Part shown: piece after piece, positions 39,867-48,606 of the stretch
Layout of the letters: every line of letters starts with the position of its first letter
Numbering within the stretch: the stretch's first letter is position 1
From: a virus
Reading direction: 5' to 3' (one strand)
Virus record (IMG/VR): IMGVR_UViG_3300030106_006724
Location: 25,201 to 89,200 of that record
Length of the DNA stretch: 64,000 bases
Translations under genes and position numbers: made by a program
The notes under the pieces: model-generated
The model's input: the letters and a program-made list of their open reading frames with translations, nothing else
Databases searched by the model: none
Told to the model about the DNA's origin: nothing

Positions 39867-40992
39867 ATGGTCTTATGATTCTATAAGAAAGAATCAAGGA
39901 GATCATGAAGTACAGATATGTGTAGCAGATGATGCCTCATCTGACGGTACGTTAGAATGGTGTAAAAAAGTAGCTAAGGAAGATAAACTATTTAAGTTTA
40001 TTAGAAATGAAGGACCTAAAAGATTAGGTCATACTATACTATATGATAGGTTAATTAATGAAGTAGCTACGTTTGATATTGCTATGATCTATCATGCTGA
40101 TATGTATTTATGTCCCGGAGCTTTAGATAGTATAGAAGAATTAATAGAACCTAAAGTAATAGTTTCATTAACTAGAATAGAACCTCCTTTACATCCAGAC
40201 GGTCCTGAAAAAGTTTTATTAGCTTGCGGAGAAGAACCTGAAAGATTTAGAGAGCAAGCAGTACTTGATTATGTTTTTAAGAATGCTGATAAAGATAAAG
40301 TAACTGAAGGTATATTTGCTCCTTGGGCATTTTATAGAAAGGACTTTCAAGAAATAGGAGGACATGATCCATTATATGCTCCTCAATCAAAAGAAGATAC
40401 CGATATCTTTAATAGATTTCAGCTAAATGGAGTTAAGTTTAAACAGACATGGTCAGGTTTCGTTTATCATATGACTTGTAGAGGTAGTAGAAGAAATGTA
40501 TTAGATGCAGCTAAAAATATACATGAAGATAGCCCTGAATGGTTAGAACAGAATATGAGATCTACTCGTAATTTTATTCGAAAGTGGGGTCATTTCTGTT
40601 TACATGATGCTTATATGAAACCTATTATTCCTCCAAAGTATAATATTAGGTTTAATCTTACTAATACTACTATTGATAAATTACATATGTTAGAACCTTG
40701 GTGCGATAATATGGATACTGATATCCCAACAGATGAATTAAAAAAGTATATTGAAAGAGAACAAAAGAATACTATTATAAAATTAGAACCTAAATTTAAT
40801 TATAATCGAAATAGCGATATTACAGTTAATATTGATTGTAATACTTTTACTAACGAAGATTTTATTAATTTATCGAGAATGTCTCAAATAATAAAAGATA
40901 GTGGAGCAGTAGGAGAGTTTAATTTAGGTAATCTATTTATTAATATAGTAAGAATAAAAGAATATACAGATAATTTAATTAAGTTAAAATGA
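39817..40992 (+). CDS. Glycosyltransferase, GT2
   Basis: ISLIQPSRN, VADDASSDGT, HADM, IGGHD, EDTD. Confidence 0.88.
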   Translation: MKISLIQPSRNNLKYLKWSYDSIRKNQGDHEVQICVADDASSDGTLEWCKKVAKEDKLFKFIRNEGPKRLGHTILYDRLINEVATFDIAMIYHADMYLCPGALDSIEELIEPKVIVSLTRIEPPLHPDGPEKVLLACGEEPERFREQAVLDYVFKNADKDKVTEGIFAPWAFYRKDFQEIGGHDPLYAPQSKEDTDIFNRFQLNGVKFKQTWSGFVYHMTCRGSRRNVLDAAKNIHEDSPEWLEQNMRSTRNFIRKWGHFCLHDAYMKPIIPPKYNIRFNLTNTTIDKLHMLEPWCDNMDTDIPTDELKKYIEREQKNTIIKLEPKFNYNRNSDITVNIDCNTFTNEDFINLSRMSQIIKDSGAVGEFNLGNLFINIVRIKEYTDNLIKLK

Positions 40993-41174
40993 CAAGAAAG
41001 TATTTAGTAGAATTTACTTATCAAACAGGAGAAGTAGAAGAAGTTGAATTAATTACTGATAGAATAGAGTGGTCAATTAATCAATGGAGTAGAAATAGAG
41101 CTATAATAAATCATAAAATTATAGCAACTATTAATGAACATCCTAATAATGATAACAAAATGCTTTTTGGCTAA
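40989..41174 (+). CDS. Hypothetical protein
   Basis: ORF in operon. Confidence 0.6.
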   Translation: MTRKYLVEFTYQTGEVEEVELITDRIEWSINQWSRNRAIINHKIIATINEHPNNDNKMLFG

Positions 41175-41186
41175 CTATTTATTAAT

Positions 41187-41561
41187 ATGAAACTAGAAAA
41201 CTTAGTAAAACAGATTACTGAAGCAGCTAAAATTAACTTTGCTGGTCATCAATTTATATTAAAAGTTGATACTAATGAAGATCCTCAAAAGAAAGGTGTT
41301 AAAGTACAGTTCATTCCTACCGAATTTGGTTCTATTTCAGCTACTGAACAAAACGATATTGCTATTGAATTAGAAGAAAGACTAGAACAAGGTCTATCAG
41401 ATTATGATTTAAGAGTAGAAAGAGATAGAAATTTAAAAGATAAAACTATTATAGGATTCTTTATTTATATAGAGTATTTCGATAGAATTATTAGAAAAGC
41501 ATTAGCAGATCAAAACCCAGATTTAGACGAACCAGTACAAGATATACCAGGAGATGAATAA
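41187..41561 (+). CDS. Hypothetical protein
   Basis: TATTTAT at 41176. Confidence 0.7.
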   Translation: MKLENLVKQITEAAKINFAGHQFILKVDTNEDPQKKGVKVQFIPTEFGSISATEQNDIAIELEERLEQGLSDYDLRVERDRNLKDKTIIGFFIYIEYFDRIIRKALADQNPDLDEPVQDIPGDE

Positions 41562-41955
41562 ATTTACAGCTTCATTAAAGCAAACATTTTTTTCGTTACA
41601 TAAAGTTCCTTTTAGAATTAAACAAAAGCAACTTGATCGCACTTCTGTTAACCAAAAATTATTCTTTGATTTCTTACAAAATATGCAAAGAATAGAAGTA
41701 AGAAGAGAAAAACTCTTAGATATAGGTTTAGATGTTACTGGTTATGAAGATATGTTTTTCCACGTTATTGAAAGTTTACTTAATCTTACCTTTAATAAAA
41801 AACAATTAGAATTATTACATACCTATTTATACGAACTAGCTCCTAATCCTGATTGGGATGGAACTATAAAATTAAAAATTAACGAAAAAGAAGAAAGAGT
41901 AGTTAATTTAAAGACACCAAAAGATGTATGGGAAGTACTTCAGAAAATGGGGTAA
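41554..41955 (+). CDS. Hypothetical protein
   Basis: ORF in operon. Confidence 0.7.
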   Translation: MNKFTASLKQTFFSLHKVPFRIKQKQLDRTSVNQKLFFDFLQNMQRIEVRREKLLDIGLDVTGYEDMFFHVIESLLNLTFNKKQLELLHTYLYELAPNPDWDGTIKLKINEKEERVVNLKTPKDVWEVLQKMG

Positions 41956-41957
41956 AT

Positions 41958-41988
41958 AGTTGTTTTTCTGAATAATTTTTCTTATATT
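41958..41988 (+). promoter_or_regulatory. Early/middle promoter AGTTG-N20-TATATT
   Basis: Exact motif. Confidence 0.75.
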
Positions 41989-42019
41989 TAAGATTGATTA
42001 ATTTAAAACGGTTATATAT

Positions 42020-42433
42020 ATGCAAAACAATGTAAAAATGCTACAATGCCCAGCTTGTGGGCAATATACTTTACATCCTCAAAGAAAAGCTTTAGGATTT
42101 CACGTTTGTGTTAATTGTTCAACTACTGATAGAGTAGTAGGTATTACTACTGTAGAAGGTAAAGGAGATCATACATGGAATGATATTATTATTATGGATA
42201 GAAAGAAAGCTTTAGGTATTGCTAAAAAAGAAGCTGAGTTAAAAGGAAAAAGATTCGATCCAGGAGTTGAAATACAAGATTACGAAAAGGATGAAAACGT
42301 AGTTACTCAATCAGTTAATGAGAAAGTAAGCGCTTCTTTAAATCCTTCTGACGAAATGGATCTTAAATTTCCAGAATACGATACTTATGATCCTAATGCT
42401 GAACCTGAAGGAATACAAGGAATAGATTACTAA
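42020..42433 (+). CDS. C4 zinc-finger protein (TraR/DksA finger-like)
   Basis: CPACG...PQRKALG...CVNCS. Confidence 0.6.
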   Translation: MQNNVKMLQCPACGQYTLHPQRKALGFHVCVNCSTTDRVVGITTVEGKGDHTWNDIIIMDRKKALGIAKKEAELKGKRFDPGVEIQDYEKDENVVTQSVNEKVSASLNPSDEMDLKFPEYDTYDPNAEPEGIQGIDY

Positions 42434-42849
42434 TGTCTTGGATAGGAGAAAATAGAGCTATATCAGCTATAGATTGGATAGAGGAAAATAAACCTCATGA
42501 TGGTCCTTTTATAGTTTACTTTAAAGATGATCCTATCTCAGTAACTTTAGATATAAATGAATCTAAAAATAGGCAGGTAAGATGGGAGATGTACTTTAAA
42601 GATGGGGAAAGAGCAGATGGTAATTCTTACGGTTGGTATTTTGACGGTACTTTAAAGCAAATTATAAGTTGGAAAAATGGAGTTAAGCATGGAGCTAATA
42701 TTAGATTTCATCCTAACGGTATGTTAATAGATCAATGGCATTATAAAGATGGTAAGAGAGATGGAGTATGGTTATCCAGACATAATAAGATTGAAGATAA
42801 TATTAGAAGAAAAGATTTATACGATAACGGAATTATGTTAAATGGCTAG
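42433..42849 (+). CDS. MORN-variant repeat protein
   Basis: FKDGERADG, WKNGVKHG, YKDGKRDG repeats. Confidence 0.75.
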   Translation: MSWIGENRAISAIDWIEENKPHDGPFIVYFKDDPISVTLDINESKNRQVRWEMYFKDGERADGNSYGWYFDGTLKQIISWKNGVKHGANIRFHPNGMLIDQWHYKDGKRDGVWLSRHNKIEDNIRRKDLYDNGIMLNG

Positions 42850-43471
42850 ACCAAGTAAAATACTTACTAAGGAAGATATACTTAGAGCTCAAAAGATGAC
42901 TAGATCTAATTTTGCAGCTGCTAGATATCTTCATGTATCTTATAATCATTATAAAAAATATGCTAAAATGTATAAAGATGATGATGGTAAGACTTTATTA
43001 GAAGCTCATATGAATCAAGCCGGCAAAGGTATTCCTAAGTTCTTAACTAATAAAGGTAAAGAACCTCCTTTAATGGATCTATTAGAAGGTAGGATTCCTA
43101 TAGAGCATTTTGATGCTCAAAAAGTAAAGCAGAGAATCTTACAAGAATGTTTATTAGAAGAAAAATGTGATAAATGTGACTTTATGGAGAGAAGAGTACA
43201 CGATACTAAAGTACCGTTAGTCTTAACTCATAAAGATAGAAACAGAAAAAATTGGAAATTAGATAATTTACAGTTCTTATGTTATAATTGTGCTTTCTTA
43301 TATTATGCTGATCCTATTACTGAACAGCAAGTTGAAGCTATGGAAGACTACGTAGATAAATCTAAAGAAGAATTTAACTGGGAAATGGATCAACATCATA
43401 TCGATCATTTAAAAGAGTTAGGACTATATGATGAAGAGAAACCAGGTGATGAATTTATAGAAAAGCTATAA
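42842..43471 (+). CDS. HNH-like endonuclease with N-terminal HTH
   Basis: CDKC ... HKDRNRKNWKLDNLQFLCYNC. Confidence 0.7.
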   Translation: MARPSKILTKEDILRAQKMTRSNFAAARYLHVSYNHYKKYAKMYKDDDGKTLLEAHMNQAGKGIPKFLTNKGKEPPLMDLLEGRIPIEHFDAQKVKQRILQECLLEEKCDKCDFMERRVHDTKVPLVLTHKDRNRKNWKLDNLQFLCYNCAFLYYADPITEQQVEAMEDYVDKSKEEFNWEMDQHHIDHLKELGLYDEEKPGDEFIEKL

Positions 43472-43483
43472 CTATTTATATTC

Positions 43484-43633
43484 ATGAAAACTAATAAGAA
43501 TAAAAAGTTTTCTACGTTTAAAAGACGTAAATCTCACGAAAGAAAAGTTGCTGATGACCTCGTTAAGCAACACGAGCGAAACGAAAAGTTACGCGAAAAG
43601 GAGATAGGAAATAAATTTCTTGATCTCTTCTAA
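43484..43633 (+). CDS. Small basic protein, 49 aa (not in ORF track)
   Basis: MKTNKNKKFSTFKRRKSHERK...; TATTTAT at 43473. Confidence 0.55.
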   Translation: MKTNKNKKFSTFKRRKSHERKVADDLVKQHERNEKLREKEIGNKFLDLF

Positions 43634-43653
43634 GTTTAATTTAATTTTATTTT

Positions 43654-44247
43654 ATGAAAAAAATCTCAACTATAGCTATGTTAGTATTTGGAATTAGTAT
43701 TATATCACTCTTTGCAAGTACTCCATTATTTATACCTTACTATCAAACAAAAGTATCAGTAGTTGAAGCCCAGCCAGTTTATTTTGTAGAAGCTGAACCA
43801 ATAAAAGTAAATATAAATCTTGATATTAAAAACCATAATGCTTTTTTAGAAGCTATGGGTAAAAGAGAATCTTCTAATAATTATAGAGCAGTTAATAGAT
43901 TCGGTTATATGGGTAAATATCAATTTGGTAAATCGACTTTAAAGACTCTAAAAATTAAAGTTAGCAAAGAAGAGTTCTTAAATAACCCAGACCTACAAGA
44001 AGAAGCTATGCATAAGCTACTTTTATATAATCAGAAAAAATTAAAAAAATATATAGAAAAGTACGATGGTAAAATAGTTCATGGTGTTTTTGTTACTGAA
44101 TCTGGACTATTAGCAGCAGCTCACCTAGGAGGACCAGGTAGCGTTAGAAAATGGTTTAGAACCGGTGCAGTTAGAAAGGATGGTAACGGAGTAAAAATAA
44201 CATCTTATATGAAAAACTTTTCAGGTTATTCCTTGGAGAATTTATAA
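43654..44247 (+). CDS. Membrane-anchored lysozyme/lytic-transglycosylase-like protein
   Basis: N-terminal TM; KRESSNNY, GYMGKYQFG, SGLLAAAHLGG. Confidence 0.75.
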   Translation: MKKISTIAMLVFGISIISLFASTPLFIPYYQTKVSVVEAQPVYFVEAEPIKVNINLDIKNHNAFLEAMGKRESSNNYRAVNRFGYMGKYQFGKSTLKTLKIKVSKEEFLNNPDLQEEAMHKLLLYNQKKLKKYIEKYDGKIVHGVFVTESGLLAAAHLGGPGSVRKWFRTGAVRKDGNGVKITSYMKNFSGYSLENL

Positions 44248-44268
44248 TTTTTTACTATATTTAAAGAT

Positions 44269-44565
44269 ATGATTAAGTTACATTTTGAATCTACTCACGA
44301 ATTTGAGAAGTTATTTTCATCTAAAAATAAAGAAGTTACAGACGGTATAGTTAGCGGAGTTGAAAATGCTATGGATAAGAATAAAAAAGTAGCATTTTTA
44401 TTTGAAGTTACTTTTAGTAATGGTGATCATGCATACGAAATAACTTTATCATCTCATTTATGGGCTGAAGCTCTACAAAGCTGCTTAGATTTTTATCATG
44501 AAGAAGGACATACTGACGAAGCAATCGATTGTTGGAAACTGTTAGAATGTGCTAAAGTATGGTAA
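44269..44565 (+). CDS. Hypothetical protein
   Basis: Preceded by CCTTG-N20-TATATT (44231-44261). Confidence 0.7.
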   Translation: MIKLHFESTHEFEKLFSSKNKEVTDGIVSGVENAMDKNKKVAFLFEVTFSNGDHAYEITLSSHLWAEALQSCLDFYHEEGHTDEAIDCWKLLECAKVW

Positions 44566-44738
44566 AACCTTTTGAGGAATTATTCGTAGAACCTAGAACT
44601 TGGAAGTTTAAATCATCTAGTTCTGATAAAGAATATACAGTAACTGAAGGTAAATGGCTATACTGTGATTGTTGGGGTTATATAGCTCATAAGCGTTGTA
44701 AGCATATAAAAAAAGTTAAAGAACAGTTGGAATTCTGA
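44559..44738 (+). CDS. SWIM-type zinc-finger protein, 59 aa (not in ORF track)
   Basis: EYTV...CDCWGYIAHKRCKHI. Confidence 0.7.
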   Translation: MVKPFEELFVEPRTWKFKSSSSDKEYTVTEGKWLYCDCWGYIAHKRCKHIKKVKEQLEF

Positions 44739-44755
44739 GATATTCTTCTTATATT
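44725..44755 (+). promoter_or_regulatory. Early/middle promoter AGTTG-N20-TATATT
   Basis: Exact motif; identical to the 6240 copy. Confidence 0.8.
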
Positions 44756-44774
44756 AAGGTATAAAATTAAGGTT

Positions 44775-45053
44775 ATGTATAATATAAATTTCGATGTTTG
44801 GCTTAAAGATGAAGTTAAAGATATCTTAGAAGCTAATTATGTAGATAAATCTCTATCTACGGATGATTTTGTAGGATTAGTTAATGAAGTTAAGAATGAA
44901 TATAAGGAGTGTGATTCTCCTGAAGATGTTGATATAGAAGACTTAGTTAACTATATTTTTGAATCTTCTTCTTATAAGGATAGTATGTGGGTAATTTATC
45001 CCGATTGGCATAAATATGCTGGTCAGGAAAGAAGTTTAATTCCTAATTGTTAA
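44775..45053 (+). CDS. Hypothetical acidic protein
   Basis: Follows promoter; AAGGTTATG start. Confidence 0.65.
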   Translation: MYNINFDVWLKDEVKDILEANYVDKSLSTDDFVGLVNEVKNEYKECDSPEDVDIEDLVNYIFESSSYKDSMWVIYPDWHKYAGQERSLIPNC

Positions 45054-45055
45054 TT

Positions 45056-45343
45056 ATGACTAGAAGAGAAAAGCAAAGAGCGTTTACTAAAGAGTTTCTT
45101 ACGTGGGTTAAAGCTATTTATCCTAAAGCAGAGTTTGATGATTCTGAAGGATATGGATATACTGATATTTCTATAGATGGTGATTGGGAAGGAGATAATG
45201 TTATATCTTATAGAAGACATCAGAATGAAGTTTGCGCTTATAGTTATGCTCAGGATCATATATTAGAAGCTGAGAAAGTTATGGATAAAAAATTAGATAA
45301 ATTAAAAGAAAATTATAATTTGCATTATGGTAGAAGTAATTAA
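45056..45343 (+). CDS. Hypothetical protein
   Basis: ORF in operon. Confidence 0.65.
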   Translation: MTRREKQRAFTKEFLTWVKAIYPKAEFDDSEGYGYTDISIDGDWEGDNVISYRRHQNEVCAYSYAQDHILEAEKVMDKKLDKLKENYNLHYGRSN

Positions 45344-45497
45344 GCATGTACTAGGAATTTGTGGAGATCATTGGCATCCGAATATTTGGACTGCTCTAGC
45401 TGGATCTCCTGTTATAGCTTCAACGGTTTACTACGTTAAATGTAAATGTGGTAATTGGTTTAATCATAAGAAAGGTTGCGATCATGAAGTGCATTAA
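45327..45497 (+). CDS. Small Cys/His-rich membrane protein, 56 aa (not in ORF track)
   Basis: KHVLGICGDHWHPN...KCKC...HKKGC. Confidence 0.55.
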   Translation: MVEVIKHVLGICGDHWHPNIWTALAGSPVIASTVYYVKCKCGNWFNHKKGCDHEVH

Positions 45498-45720
45498 ATG
45501 TGCTGAGGAAATAAACCCTCTTAGATTAAAAGCCTTACCGGAAACGAAAACGTGTGTTAGTTGTAGTAGTACTGGAAGATGGTATGTAAGGAATGTTATT
45601 TCCGGAAAAACTACTTATGCTGAGACCGAAGTAATAAAAGATCCTAATGTAGCTAAAAGTATAGCTGCTATGGATCGAAGACAAGGATGGGGGAGTAACC
45701 TTCATAAAGTTAGAAGATAA
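45484..45720 (+). CDS. TraR/DksA-type C4 zinc-finger protein
   Basis: CIKCAEEINPLRLKALPETKTCVSC; ATG 45484 preferred. Confidence 0.75.
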   Translation: MKCIKCAEEINPLRLKALPETKTCVSCSSTGRWYVRNVISGKTTYAETEVIKDPNVAKSIAAMDRRQGWGSNLHKVRR

Positions 45721-45735
45721 ATTTAAATTAAAGTT

Positions 45736-45975
45736 ATGAATAAATTAAAGTTGTATTTAAGTCTATATTATCCTATTATATTATCATTCTTATCATTCCT
45801 ATATTCAGTTGGATTATGGTTCAGCGGATATCAATTAGAAGGAATATTCGTTGGTATTTGGGTACCATCTATATTATGTTTTGCTATTTGTATTAGACAG
45901 AGAAGAAATGATTTTTTTCAAGCTATAGCTAGACAAAATAAATTTAATAAAAACCAAAGAAGAAAAAGAAAATGA
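45736..45975 (+). CDS. Small membrane protein
   Basis: Two TMs; GIFVGIWVPSIL. Confidence 0.7.
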   Translation: MNKLKLYLSLYYPIILSFLSFLYSVGLWFSGYQLEGIFVGIWVPSILCFAICIRQRRNDFFQAIARQNKFNKNQRRKRK

Positions 45976-46265
45976 TAACCGGTAATATGTTATTAATGTT
46001 TATTATAGGATTTATTATATTCTGTATTTATATATCAGGTTTAATATATGCTATATACTGGGGTCATAGTACTCAGAGAAAAGAAATGATGGAAGATCCT
46101 GAACTTCAAAATTACTATAACAGGCATAATAATTATGATGCTGATATAGACTGGTCTAAATATAATCCTCATGTAGATGAATCTGATAGTTATGTTAAAA
46201 ATCTTTTTAAACCTAAAACAAATAAGAAAAAAGAAAACGTAGGTAAGAGTACGTTTTGGGATTAA
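45972..46265 (+). CDS. Membrane-anchored hypothetical protein
   Basis: N-terminal TM. Confidence 0.65.
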   Translation: MITGNMLLMFIIGFIIFCIYISGLIYAIYWGHSTQRKEMMEDPELQNYYNRHNNYDADIDWSKYNPHVDESDSYVKNLFKPKTNKKKENVGKSTFWD

Positions 46266-46846
46266 TGAAGAAAAGACATTTAATCGTAATAGGTCATCCA
46301 GATAAAAAATCATTTTGTTGGAATGGTATATATAAAACTATAATCCGACAAATGCGAAAGCATAAACAGAATTATAGAACTATTGATTTATATAGAGATA
46401 GTTTTTCAAGACCTAGAACTGAATTAGTAGAAAAATATCAAGATTGGGTTTCGTGGAGTACTCACATTTATTTTATTTCTCCTGTATGGTGGTTTAGATT
46501 AACTCCTAGAATGGAAGTATTTTTCGACGAAGTATTTACTCCCGGATGGGCATATAAGTTTGTTAATATTACAAAGTTGTATGCTTACCCTAAACCTTTT
46601 TTAAAAGATAAGAGAGTTAGAACTTATATTACTCACGGAGCTCCTTCTTTACCAGTTAGAACTTTATACCTAAATTCAGTTAAATTAAGATTAGTATTAG
46701 GAGTATTTACTTTTGTATTTGGATGGAAATTATCCAGATGGTTAAAGACTAAGCAGTTTTGGTCAGTACCGTTCGTAAGTCAAAAGAAAAGAACTAAATA
46801 TTTAAGAGTAGTTAAAGAAGATATTAGAAACGATTTAGGATTATGA
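46265..46846 (+). CDS. NAD(P)H-dependent oxidoreductase, flavodoxin-like (NQO/KefF family)
   Basis: GHPDKKSF, IDLY, SPVWWF..P, DEVFTPGWAY. Confidence 0.8.
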   Translation: MKKRHLIVIGHPDKKSFCWNGIYKTIIRQMRKHKQNYRTIDLYRDSFSRPRTELVEKYQDWVSWSTHIYFISPVWWFRLTPRMEVFFDEVFTPGWAYKFVNITKLYAYPKPFLKDKRVRTYITHGAPSLPVRTLYLNSVKLRLVLGVFTFVFGWKLSRWLKTKQFWSVPFVSQKKRTKYLRVVKEDIRNDLGL

Positions 46847-47022
46847 AAAAATTTAAAGAAAGATTATATAGATACGCTATGAAGTCCTCACTCAGAAAAT
46901 GGGCATTAGGATTAGATGGATGGAAATATTGGGTCTGGCAATTAGGAGTAGGTTTAGTATTTTTTACTATAATCGAAATAATATTAAATAAAATTGGTAT
47001 GACTATGTTACCTTGGAAATAA
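46843..47022 (+). CDS. Small membrane protein, 59 aa (not in ORF track)
   Basis: Trp-rich with one TM; overlaps both neighbours. Confidence 0.55.
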   Translation: MKKFKERLYRYAMKSSLRKWALGLDGWKYWVWQLGVGLVFFTIIEIILNKIGMTMLPWK

Positions 47023-47294
47023 TGAGAAGAGGAAAAAAATCATTTAAGGTTCAGTTTTTAAGATGGTGGGTAAGAGATAGAGAACTTACTCCATTAGAAA
47101 GAAATAGTAGTAAAGTAGGTTATATGGGAGCAGGTTTTTTAATGGCTGGTCATTGGACTGTAGAACCTATTCTTTTTATGTTAGGTTTTTGCTGCATACT
47201 TTTTCAAGTTACAGTTAAAAAGCAATGGAACTTAGTTGTTTTACAGCTAAATGGATTAATAGCATGGACTATACATTTTTTTAGTAACTTGTAG
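47022..47294 (+). CDS. Small multi-TM membrane protein
   Basis: Three hydrophobic segments. Confidence 0.65.
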   Translation: MRRGKKSFKVQFLRWWVRDRELTPLERNSSKVGYMGAGFLMAGHWTVEPILFMLGFCCILFQVTVKKQWNLVVLQLNGLIAWTIHFFSNL

Positions 47295-47323
47295 TTGGAA
47301 TTTAAGATAAAATTAATTATATT
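47293..47323 (+). promoter_or_regulatory. Early/middle promoter AGTTG-N20-TATATT
   Basis: Exact motif. Confidence 0.75.
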
Positions 47324-47328
47324 ATAAT

Positions 47329-47481
47329 ATGGAAACCTTTGAAGATTATATGAATAAAAAAAAACACGAAGATATTGTTAATGAAATAATAGATTTAAAA
47401 ATGAGACATCCGCTATCTGAGGAGGATAAGTTAAAACTACAAAAATTACAACAAAAATTAAATGGCGAAAAAGAAATATAA
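47329..47481 (+). CDS. Hypothetical protein, 50 aa (not in ORF track)
   Basis: Directly after promoter; overlaps the next gene. Confidence 0.5.
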   Translation: METFEDYMNKKKHEDIVNEIIDLKMRHPLSEEDKLKLQKLQQKLNGEKEI

Positions 47482-47932
47482 AGTGATGCTATTAAGCGGT
47501 GGATTCGATCCGGTTCACAAAGGTCATGTAGAAATGATAGAGCAAGCTAGAGAGTTAGCTGACGAAATATGGATTATTCTTAATAATGATAGTTGGTTAA
47601 GAAGCAAAAAAGGTAAATCTTTTATGAAGGAATCAGAAAGAGAATATATAATGTCACAATTTAAAGGAGTAACTAAAACCTTTATATGTAATCCTAGAAT
47701 TCCAACCGACAAAACAGTTAGTGATGGTATATACTCAGCAGTAATGACTTATAGAAGAGAATTTGATGGTAAGATGAGAATGGCTTTTGGTAATGGAGGA
47801 GATAGAAAGCAAGGTAATATTCCGGAAGAAGATTATTGTAATTCAATGGAAGTTGATATGGTTTGGAACTTAGGTAATAAAGTTCAATCTTCTTCTTGGT
47901 TACTTGAAAAGTATGAAAACGCAGCAGTATAA
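47462..47932 (+). CDS. Cytidylyltransferase-like (HIGH) nucleotidyltransferase
   Basis: SGGFDPVHKGH, LNND, NGGDR, KVQSSSWLL. Confidence 0.88.
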   Translation: MAKKKYKVMLLSGGFDPVHKGHVEMIEQARELADEIWIILNNDSWLRSKKGKSFMKESEREYIMSQFKGVTKTFICNPRIPTDKTVSDGIYSAVMTYRREFDGKMRMAFGNGGDRKQGNIPEEDYCNSMEVDMVWNLGNKVQSSSWLLEKYENAAV

Positions 47933-48584
47933 GGAATACTGTATTGAGAAGAATATATTTGATTGTAAACATAAACTCTTCTATGATCCTAAATATGACG
48001 GAGGAGGACCTTTATTTATCGAACATATATTTTCAAAAAAAGATTTTTTAAATAGTAATAAAAACGTTAAAAGTATATTAGAGTTATGCTCAGGTCCAGG
48101 TTTTATAGGGTGGTATCTTTTTCACAAACTCGAAGCAGAAATAGTTTCTTTTTCCGACTTAAACCAAGAAGTTTCGGAAGGATTAAGTCTAACTAATAAA
48201 AGTAATAATAGTAATTTTTTATTTTATCATAGTGATGGGTTTAATGATTACACTGGGGATAAGGTAGATCTTATCGTTTCTAACCCTCCATTTTTTAATA
48301 ATGAACAACAACTTTATTCTTTTATTAATTGGTATCAGCTACAAGATGAAAAATTAGCAAGGTTTATAGCTTTAGATCAAGATTTTAATCTTCATAAAAG
48401 AATTATAAATGAGTATCCTAATTATTTAAATGATGGAGGTAAGTTTATTTTAATAAATGATATAAGATTTACCGATCCTGAAACATTAGTATCGTTTGCT
48501 AAACCTAATGTTAAGTATGAAGTTAATCAATTTAAAATTAATAATAAAAACCCAAATTATTATACATTAACTTTTTATAAGTGA
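47913..48584 (+). CDS. Class I SAM-dependent methyltransferase (NPPF type)
   Basis: LELCSGPGFIG, SDLN, DLIVSNPPF, LNDGG. Confidence 0.85.
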   Translation: MKTQQYKEYCIEKNIFDCKHKLFYDPKYDGGGPLFIEHIFSKKDFLNSNKNVKSILELCSGPGFIGWYLFHKLEAEIVSFSDLNQEVSEGLSLTNKSNNSNFLFYHSDGFNDYTGDKVDLIVSNPPFFNNEQQLYSFINWYQLQDEKLARFIALDQDFNLHKRIINEYPNYLNDGGKFILINDIRFTDPETLVSFAKPNVKYEVNQFKINNKNPNYYTLTFYK

Positions 48585-48606
48585 TATTTATATTAAAGTA
48601 TTTTAT

